A model generated the notes under the pieces. The model saw only the letters and a list, made by a program, of their open reading frames with translations, was not told the DNA's origin and did no database searches. A program made the translations under genes and the position numbers. This document shows, piece after piece, positions 1 through 8,591 of a DNA stretch of 32,000 bases. This DNA is from Wallemia ichthyophaga EXF-994. Lineage: Eukaryota > Fungi > Basidiomycota. Position 1 is the first letter of the stretch. Every line of letters begins with the position of its first letter. The stretch covers positions 30,001 through 62,000 of the forward strand of contig NW_008806277.1 in the NCBI RefSeq assembly GCF_000400465.1, given 5' to 3'.

Positions 1-76
1 AATCCGGTTAAATGGCATCTGCATTGTTTTCTGAGCCACTACTATCTAAGCATTTTCGTTATTCCAATATTTCATA

Positions 77-495
77 GCGTTTGAAATGGTTGAGATTGAG
101 ACACTGTCTCTCAATCGAATACCCGTAGATTGTCTTTGGCAGCGTGAGGAAGAATTTAAAATGACCTGAAGCATTGGCAGAGTTTTAATTCTATTTCTTT
201 AGGCCTTTTTTACACTCTTCACGTCAGCTCGTCACCCTCGAATTAAACCCCTCTTCGGAAAGGTTTCTGGGTTTCAGCTAGTAAGATTAACAGAATACTT
301 GGAAGCAAAGTGACTACAAGAATTGTTTACTAAGGGATTTTCCAATGTGTGCTATGTGGGCGTCTATTAACCGAGCGTAGCTCAACGATACAGCCTCAAT
401 CTTGCAGCAACATAGATTATCTCAGCAGGGAGCCTTGCGAAGGACTTCTTGTTGGATGTTTTGTCGTCTGTGGATTGCTTTGTCTTGGTGGTTGA
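77..495 (-). pseudogene. Degenerate paralogue of the neighbouring F-box-like gene (fragmented, multiple stops)
   Basis: Minus-strand fragments SFARLPAEII (about 415-444) and YSIERQCLNLNHF (83-121). The latter matches YSIEVLELNLEHF (1872-1910) of the adjacent gene. No continuous ORF; boundaries approximate. Confidence 0.4.
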
Positions 496-1060
496 GGTTA
501 GATAGAGAGATGAAGTGAGGGATGGAGAGCAAACCTACCAGGAGTATCGCTCAAAGTGGACTTTGAACGGACTGCCAGATCTTAGTTGGAGTTCAGAAAG
601 AGTTAAATGAGCGGAGATAAAGCTTACTGGGAGTAGCAAAGACCATTTACAGGGAAAGGGCTAAACCCGCCATACTATGGTCCACAAGACGGCGAGCCGC
701 GAGGAAATAAGTGTGGGCCACTACAGAACGCAGCGGTGTTAGAGTCGTTAATGTACTTTGACTCACGTGACTCTTGCCTTGTCTGTTGTGTTTCACTAAC
801 CCGTTACCCTCGTTCCTAGTCTCGCGGCTAACAGCGTTGAAAGAGGGGTGATGAGCAAAACAAAGTACCATCTCAAAGCATACATATGAGAAAATTAGAA
901 ATCACGATATCAACGCCTATCGCATGTCTGCTGATGACTGTGAAAAAAGCGTGAAAATCAAATGCATCATACAAGTTGGATAAAGCTGGATATCATTAGG
1001 ACGTCGTGCGTGTGAGTAGGTGGATATAATAAGAGGGGAAACACTGAGTTAAGCTGGCAT

Positions 1061-2139
1061 CTAGCGAGTTAGTTCTGGCGAGTTCTGCCAAGCAGAGTTT
1101 TGCAAAGTGAGCAGTTTATGAGTTTCGAGGCATTCCGCAATGAGACCTGGATAATTATGTTCCATCTCCTCTCTTACCGAATAAGCCCTGTAAAGAATCT
1201 CCGCAGTCTGTTTATCCTGCAGGAGGACTCTCAAGGAACCTCGAACGAACGGAAAAAGTTTACAACATTTCTGCAAGTCGTTATTCAGCGCGTTGAATTT
1301 TAAAGCGACAATATCGATATGAAACCCATTTAAAGCGCGCATCTCATCCTTTTGCGTCCGTTTTGTGATATAGTATTTCAGCAGAGCACGTTTCTTACAT
1401 GTCCTGTTTACAGAGTCTGTAAACTTACCAAATGTACGTAATGTATGTGTGTATCAAATTTAGTGGTGTATCGGTGGTGATTGAGCCATTTACCAGTTCG
1501 TAATTCTTGAAAATTATCATGTTCGGTTTACGCATGTAGCAGCTGTCCAGCGCGTTGAGAATTGCAATGAAGTGCTCCTGCGTTATCAAATCGAATCCAG
1601 GCATATCGACCAATGATGGTCGATGGATGCGGAGTAATTTGATACGGAAGTATTTGTCGCATATCGCAATGGCTAGCATCGCGGCTTTGAGATGTGTCAT
1701 GTGGTCTATGTTTATCGTTAGCTCTGTCGCACCGTCTGACCTACCAATCAGGAGATGTGTATTTTCAGTCTCGATGAGCGCGTCGAGTGTGAGAGTGAAC
1801 TTTTGCAGTACAGGCATTTTGTTGATGCATGTGGATAGCTGTGGACATGCTAATAACCGTGTGGATTTATTGAAGTGTTCCAGATTCAACTCAAGTACTT
1901 CTATCGAGTAGAGGAAATCTGTTGGTTGGAGTACACAGTTTTGAAGGAATGTCAGGTAAGATATCAGCTCAGCTGGTTTCGTGTTGTTTGTTGGTTTCAG
2001 AGATTGTATAATCAGACTTTTGGGATGTTTGCGGGTGAGTTTGTAGCTATTCTTAAGAGACGGCAAACAGCTCAGTTGCACCATGTAAGCTAATAATCCT
2101 ACAAACGACATCATCTGGGAAGCTCCAGAATCCTGCCAT
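1061..2139 (-). CDS. Hypothetical protein with N-terminal F-box-like motif; reading frame interrupted twice (intron or frameshift)
   Basis: ATG at 2139 gives MAGFWSFPDDVVCRIISLHGATELFAVS* (stop 2053-2055), one base out of frame with the long ORF ending at 1425. A 25-nt GT-AG segment (1404-1428) joins that ORF in frame to ORF 1061-1342. The F-box call rests on the FP-D-V--I spacing only. Confidence 0.5.
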
Positions 2140-2270
2140 AGGAGAATTAGGTAGAGAAGATGGGGAAAACGGGGAAGAAAAAGCACAAAGCGCTCACAAC
2201 AGACACAAAACACCCGCCCACGCCAATTATACAGCCACAAAGAATCTATGGATGCAACAAGCAACTAAAT

Positions 2271-2764
2271 TTAGTTGCGGCTCTTGAAGTAGTCCAAGAG
2301 GACGTTAAGACCCTCAGACTCAACACCAAAGTCGCGGACAACGACGCAAGAGGTACCGACGACCTTACGTGCGTTACCCTCTCTGTCGATCTTGCAGAGA
2401 CCAGCCCAGGTACCCAAAACCTTGGCGTCGGAGACCTTGATGAGGTTGATTTGGTGCTCTGCGCAGAGAGCTTCGATGAGCTTGATGTACTCAGCCTCAG
2501 TGCAGGTTTCGACGAGCACACAGAGGTGGGCAGCTCTACGGTCGAGAGCCTTAGCACACTCTCTCAAACCACGGGCGAGACCATCGTGGTAGAGGGCGTT
2601 CTTGAGAACTTGTTGGAGGGCTTCCTCGACAGACATCTTGCCTGCTGGAGCAGCCTCAGCGACTTCGACCTCTTCTTGAGGAACTTCGACTTGTTGTTCA
2701 CCGTTTTCAGACTGTAGAGAGTGAGCAGGGGTGTATTAAATCCACTGCACACCAAACACACCAT
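2271..2764 (-). CDS. RPS12: 40S ribosomal protein eS12
   Basis: [29 protein letters not shown]...[20 protein letters not shown] is the eS12/L7Ae-family signature. ATG 2764-2762, 50-nt intron 2712-2761 (GTGTGT...CTACAG), 147 aa. Confidence 0.96.
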
Positions 2765-3176
2765 TATAGATTCTTATGCTAAGTCAGTCAATCGTAAGAC
2801 GTCGTCCTTCGTTCTTAGCTGTTAGCTGGGTCGAAGAGAGAAGGCGGCGTTACAGATTTTATCCACCGAAAAATTTAAATTGTGTGCGAGTGTATGAGTT
2901 TGTAGAGAGTTTGTGGGGTTTGTGGATTTATGCTTACGTATACTTACATCCTCTACTCCTTCGGCGATGGAGTTGTGCGGGGTTTACGCTGTGTGCTGAT
3001 GTAGACGATTGCATGTACGTATATCATTCTGAAAGTAGGCTCTAACCACACTTTTTATTTAAATACACACTGCGAGCTTTTCAGACAATTTTACAGAAAA
3101 TTTCACTATTGTTTAACTAACAACAAACGGTATTATGTATTTAATGTAAAAACAGAAACCCGGTAAACAAAACAAT

Positions 3177-3548
3177 TTAGATGAGTGGGATTGGAGTACA
3201 GTTGATACCGAGGAGACCATCTGAAGATGCCTTCTCGCAGCAGACTGGGGTGTTCTTGCATACGTCTGTGGAGCGTGTTAGTTATATTTACGACGCACGT
3301 AGATTCCAAATACCTTGTAATGCTACTCCGATGAGAAGAGGTATTTGAGTACATTGGATAGCAACTTGGTCGAGAATATCGCCTGTGTGGAGAAGACCGT
3401 CTTCTTCACCAGTGCTTGATTGCTTGTCTTTTGTAGTATCACAACATGAAGTAAGTCCGGTATTACATGAGCCGACTGATGAGCCGCCTGATGGTCTGGC
3501 GAGGGCAGATGCGATGACGGCGGAGATGGCGAGGGTTTGAGCGATCAT
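3177..3548 (-). CDS. Class I hydrophobin (107 aa, secreted)
   Basis: Signal peptide MIAQTLAISAVIASALA. Removing the 48-nt intron 3266-3313 (GTATTT...CTAAC...CAG) gives the 8-Cys pattern C-CC-C-C-CC-C (SCNTG, SCCD, IQCTQ, DVCKN, VCCE, INCTP). Confidence 0.93.
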
Positions 3549-3955
3549 TGTTTAGAGAGCAAGATGAGTTGTGAGGATGCAACATGGGTAGAGCTAGGCT
3601 ATTTAACCATCTGAGAAGCGCACTAAAATGATTATTAGCGCTATCTTATTTTAGTGCACTTTTAGCGTGCATTATGAGCTCCGGAATGTGGTATTTGCAT
3701 TGAATATCATGTGAAATAAAAAGTGTATGTTTGCATGTGCGTACGTTTACACAAAAATATTTAGAAAAACACTCCTCCACACGGGCACACCTCTTGCGTA
3801 TAAGACGAGTAAAATTTTCAAAAGGCAACACAAAAACAAATCAATTATTAAACGAGGAAAGTGATGCAGCGTTGTTGTTAGTGAGAGTGCGAGACAACCA
3901 AGTCTCAACTGGTATCCTGTATGAAATCTGTAAAGTGACAAGTTGAACGACCCCA

Positions 3956-4178
3956 TTAGTCCTTGTAAATGAGCAAAGGTTCACCCGGTTCATGAACCTC
4001 TGGAATTGTACATTTCAAATCGAAAGCCTTTGAGAGAACAATTTTGAATATTTTCTGTACGTGAATGGAGTGCGAAGTGGAGCAGAAGATGAGAGGAGCG
4101 TGCATAGCCTTTGCGAATCTCTTTGCCTGTGTTGATGAGTGGGTAAGTGAATTGAAAGTGCAAATATCGCTCCTACCT
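3956..4178 (-). pseudogene. Orphan 3' fragment of SPG1/TEM1 (last intron plus last exon) left at the duplication junction
   Basis: Identical to 8592-8814 ([28 protein letters not shown]...) but preceded by unrelated sequence instead of the GTPase exons. Confidence 0.88.
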
Positions 4179-4267
4179 AGCATTGCATTGAGGTGAAGCA
4201 ATCAATATGAAAACGTACAATGACTTGATTTTATGAATATTTGCGTACACCTTTTGCGTTTCAATTG

Positions 4268-4274
4268 TATATAT
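4268..4274 (+). promoter_or_regulatory. Possible upstream TATA-like element for the permuted tRNA
   Basis: TATATAT about 55 bp upstream of the 3' half. The region is AT-rich, so this could be chance. Confidence 0.3.
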
Positions 4275-4328
4275 TTTTAAGCTGCAAAGGAATTCTCAGT
4301 TCAAAATAACTCAACGGGAGTAGCTGAT

Positions 4329-4404
4329 ATCGAAAGGTTGCAGGTTCGAGCCCTGCGTCGGTCACCACGGCCGGCTGGCTCAATGGTAGAGTATTCGACT
4401 ACGG
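4329..4404 (+). tRNA. Circularly permuted tRNA-Arg(ACG): 3' half 4329-4364, CCAC spacer 4365-4368, 5' half 4369-4404
   Basis: Reassembled 72-nt cloverleaf: acceptor GGCCGGC/GTCGGTC-A73 (two G.U pairs), D arm GCTC-AATGGTA-GAGT, anticodon arm TTCGA-CT ACG GA-TCGAA, variable loop AGGTT, T arm GCAGG-TTCGAGC-CCTGC. The break is exactly between positions 37 and 38. Confidence 0.9.
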
Positions 4405-4415
4405 CATTGAAATAA

Positions 4416-4422
4416 TTTTTTT
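4416..4422 (+). terminator. Oligo-dT (T7) RNA polymerase III terminator
   Basis: TTTTTTT begins 11 nt after the end of the tRNA 5' half. Confidence 0.7.
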
Positions 4423-4712
4423 CTTATTCACTTTATAAGTGCGGCAGAATAACGACCGTTATCATCAATTGCGTTTCACTCAAGCCAAATTTTTAGCCCT
4501 ATCACTGACACTCACGTTTCAACATAAAAAGTGATACGAACATAAAACTTTCTTCTCAAATGATTTAAGGTTTTGAAGTACTTGTATTATTTGCACGACT
4601 CTCGTTGGTTGTTTTCTAGATTTACATTATTAAGTGAATCCGGTTAAATGGCATCTGCATTGTTTTCTGAGCCACTACTATCTAAGCATTTTCGTTATTC
4701 CAATATTTCATA

Positions 4713-5131
4713 GCGTTTGAAATGGTTGAGATTGAGACACTGTCTCTCAATCGAATACCCGTAGATTGTCTTTGGCAGCGTGAGGAAGAATTTAAAATGA
4801 CCTGAAGCATTGGCAGAGTTTTAATTCTATTTCTTTAGGCCTTTTTTACACTCTTCACGTCAGCTCGTCACCCTCGAATTAAACCCCTCTTCGGAAAGGT
4901 TTCTGGGTTTCAGCTAGTAAGATTAACAGAATACTTGGAAGCAAAGTGACTACAAGAATTGTTTACTAAGGGATTTTCCAATGTGTGCTATGTGGGCGTC
5001 TATTAACCGAGCGTAGCTCAACGATACAGCCTCAATCTTGCAGCAACATAGATTATCTCAGCAGGGAGCCTTGCGAAGGACTTCTTGTTGGATGTTTTGT
5101 CGTCTGTGGATTGCTTTGTCTTGGTGGTTGA
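4713..5131 (-). pseudogene. Second copy of the degenerate F-box-like paralogue
   Basis: Same sequence as 77-495, shifted by 4636. Confidence 0.4.
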
Positions 5132-5696
5132 GGTTAGATAGAGAGATGAAGTGAGGGATGGAGAGCAAACCTACCAGGAGTATCGCTCAAAGTGGACTTT
5201 GAACGGACTGCCAGATCTTAGTTGGAGTTCAGAAAGAGTTAAATGAGCGGAGATAAAGCTTACTGGGAGTAGCAAAGACCATTTACAGGGAAAGGGCTAA
5301 ACCCGCCATACTATGGTCCACAAGACGGCGAGCCGCGAGGAAATAAGTGTGGGCCACTACAGAACGCAGCGGTGTTAGAGTCGTTAATGTACTTTGACTC
5401 ACGTGACTCTTGCCTTGTCTGTTGTGTTTCACTAACCCGTTACCCTCGTTCCTAGTCTCGCGGCTAACAGCGTTGAAAGAGGGGTGATGAGCAAAACAAA
5501 GTACCATCTCAAAGCATACATATGAGAAAATTAGAAATCACGATATCAACGCCTATCGCATGTCTGCTGATGACTGTGAAAAAAGCGTGAAAATCAAATG
5601 CATCATACAAGTTGGATAAAGCTGGATATCATTAGGACGTCGTGCGTGTGAGTAGGTGGATATAATAAGAGGGGAAACACTGAGTTAAGCTGGCAT

Positions 5697-6775
5697 CTAG
5701 CGAGTTAGTTCTGGCGAGTTCTGCCAAGCAGAGTTTTGCAAAGTGAGCAGTTTATGAGTTTCGAGGCATTCCGCAATGAGACCTGGATAATTATGTTCCA
5801 TCTCCTCTCTTACCGAATAAGCCCTGTAAAGAATCTCCGCAGTCTGTTTATCCTGCAGGAGGACTCTCAAGGAACCTCGAACGAACGGAAAAAGTTTACA
5901 ACATTTCTGCAAGTCGTTATTCAGCGCGTTGAATTTTAAAGCGACAATATCGATATGAAACCCATTTAAAGCGCGCATCTCATCCTTTTGCGTCCGTTTT
6001 GTGATATAGTATTTCAGCAGAGCACGTTTCTTACATGTCCTGTTTACAGAGTCTGTAAACTTACCAAATGTACGTAATGTATGTGTGTATCAAATTTAGT
6101 GGTGTATCGGTGGTGATTGAGCCATTTACCAGTTCGTAATTCTTGAAAATTATCATGTTCGGTTTACGCATGTAGCAGCTGTCCAGCGCGTTGAGAATTG
6201 CAATGAAGTGCTCCTGCGTTATCAAATCGAATCCAGGCATATCGACCAATGATGGTCGATGGATGCGGAGTAATTTGATACGGAAGTATTTGTCGCATAT
6301 CGCAATGGCTAGCATCGCGGCTTTGAGATGTGTCATGTGGTCTATGTTTATCGTTAGCTCTGTCGCACCGTCTGACCTACCAATCAGGAGATGTGTATTT
6401 TCAGTCTCGATGAGCGCGTCGAGTGTGAGAGTGAACTTTTGCAGTACAGGCATTTTGTTGATGCATGTGGATAGCTGTGGACATGCTAATAACCGTGTGG
6501 ATTTATTGAAGTGTTCCAGATTCAACTCAAGTACTTCTATCGAGTAGAGGAAATCTGTTGGTTGGAGTACACAGTTTTGAAGGAATGTCAGGTAAGATAT
6601 CAGCTCAGCTGGTTTCGTGTTGTTTGTTGGTTTCAGAGATTGTATAATCAGACTTTTGGGATGTTTGCGGGTGAGTTTGTAGCTATTCTTAAGAGACGGC
6701 AAACAGCTCAGTTGCACCATGTAAGCTAATAATCCTACAAACGACATCATCTGGGAAGCTCCAGAATCCTGCCAT
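5697..6775 (-). CDS. Second copy of the interrupted F-box-like hypothetical gene
   Basis: Same sequence as 1061-2139, shifted by 4636, including both frame interruptions. Confidence 0.5.
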
Positions 6776-6906
6776 AGGAGAATTAGGTAGAGAAGATGGG
6801 GAAAACGGGGAAGAAAAAGCACAAAGCGCTCACAACAGACACAAAACACCCGCCCACGCCAATTATACAGCCACAAAGAATCTATGGATGCAACAAGCAA
6901 CTAAAT

Positions 6907-7400
6907 TTAGTTGCGGCTCTTGAAGTAGTCCAAGAGGACGTTAAGACCCTCAGACTCAACACCAAAGTCGCGGACAACGACGCAAGAGGTACCGACGACC
7001 TTACGTGCGTTACCCTCTCTGTCGATCTTGCAGAGACCAGCCCAGGTACCCAAAACCTTGGCGTCGGAGACCTTGATGAGGTTGATTTGGTGCTCTGCGC
7101 AGAGAGCTTCGATGAGCTTGATGTACTCAGCCTCAGTGCAGGTTTCGACGAGCACACAGAGGTGGGCAGCTCTACGGTCGAGAGCCTTAGCACACTCTCT
7201 CAAACCACGGGCGAGACCATCGTGGTAGAGGGCGTTCTTGAGAACTTGTTGGAGGGCTTCCTCGACAGACATCTTGCCTGCTGGAGCAGCCTCAGCGACT
7301 TCGACCTCTTCTTGAGGAACTTCGACTTGTTGTTCACCGTTTTCAGACTGTAGAGAGTGAGCAGGGGTGTATTAAATCCACTGCACACCAAACACACCAT
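6907..7400 (-). CDS. RPS12: 40S ribosomal protein eS12, second copy
   Basis: Identical to 2271-2764; intron 7348-7397. Confidence 0.96.
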
Positions 7401-7812
7401 TATAGATTCTTATGCTAAGTCAGTCAATCGTAAGACGTCGTCCTTCGTTCTTAGCTGTTAGCTGGGTCGAAGAGAGAAGGCGGCGTTACAGATTTTATCC
7501 ACCGAAAAATTTAAATTGTGTGCGAGTGTATGAGTTTGTAGAGAGTTTGTGGGGTTTGTGGATTTATGCTTACGTATACTTACATCCTCTACTCCTTCGG
7601 CGATGGAGTTGTGCGGGGTTTACGCTGTGTGCTGATGTAGACGATTGCATGTACGTATATCATTCTGAAAGTAGGCTCTAACCACACTTTTTATTTAAAT
7701 ACACACTGCGAGCTTTTCAGACAATTTTACAGAAAATTTCACTATTGTTTAACTAACAACAAACGGTATTATGTATTTAATGTAAAAACAGAAACCCGGT
7801 AAACAAAACAAT

Positions 7813-8184
7813 TTAGATGAGTGGGATTGGAGTACAGTTGATACCGAGGAGACCATCTGAAGATGCCTTCTCGCAGCAGACTGGGGTGTTCTTGCATACG
7901 TCTGTGGAGCGTGTTAGTTATATTTACGACGCACGTAGATTCCAAATACCTTGTAATGCTACTCCGATGAGAAGAGGTATTTGAGTACATTGGATAGCAA
8001 CTTGGTCGAGAATATCGCCTGTGTGGAGAAGACCGTCTTCTTCACCAGTGCTTGATTGCTTGTCTTTTGTAGTATCACAACATGAAGTAAGTCCGGTATT
8101 ACATGAGCCGACTGATGAGCCGCCTGATGGTCTGGCGAGGGCAGATGCGATGACGGCGGAGATGGCGAGGGTTTGAGCGATCAT
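7813..8184 (-). CDS. Class I hydrophobin, second copy
   Basis: Identical to 3177-3548; intron 7902-7949. Confidence 0.93.
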
Positions 8185-8591
8185 TGTTTAGAGAGCAAGA
8201 TGAGTTGTGAGGATGCAACATGGGTAGAGCTAGGCTATTTAACCATCTGAGAAGCGCACTAAAATGATTATTAGCGCTATCTTATTTTAGTGCACTTTTA
8301 GCGTGCATTATGAGCTCCGGAATGTGGTATTTGCATTGAATATCATGTGAAATAAAAAGTGTATGTTTGCATGTGCGTACGTTTACACAAAAATATTTAG
8401 AAAAACACTCCTCCACACGGGCACACCTCTTGCGTATAAGACGAGTAAAATTTTCAAAAGGCAACACAAAAACAAATCAATTATTAAACGAGGAAAGTGA
8501 TGCAGCGTTGTTGTTAGTGAGAGTGCGAGACAACCAAGTCTCAACTGGTATCCTGTATGAAATCTGTAAAGTGACAAGTTGAACGACCCCA

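Larger units (their letters stand above)
1..4178. repeat. Direct (tandem) segmental repeat, copy 1 (left edge probably outside the window)
   Basis: Every ORF in 647-3956 recurs with identical translation at +4636. aatccggttaaatgg at 1 recurs at 4637. Identity stops after ...tatcgctcctacct (4178 vs 8814). Confidence 0.97.

Noticed and set aside
647-871. 74-aa ORF, and an overlapping signal-peptide-like frame MYALRWYFVLLITPLSTLLAAR
   Set aside because: No consistent spliced model could be built, so it is treated only as part of the decayed region.
2765-3020. GTAAGT...GCTAACAG segment upstream of RPS12 that could be a leader intron creating a spliced 33-aa uORF (MQSSTSAHSVNPAQLHRRRSRGSKNEGRRLTID)
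   Set aside because: The segment looks equally like the AT-rich core promoter plus CT-rich start region. There is no recognisable homology, and it cannot be supported without RNA data.
4329-4404. Reading the tRNA halves as one conventional gene with a ~4.56-kb intron running from one repeat copy to the next
   Set aside because: After copy 2 the sequence continues into SPG1 with no 3' half, the 5' half is followed at once by a T7 terminator, and the interval contains many T-runs and Pol II genes.
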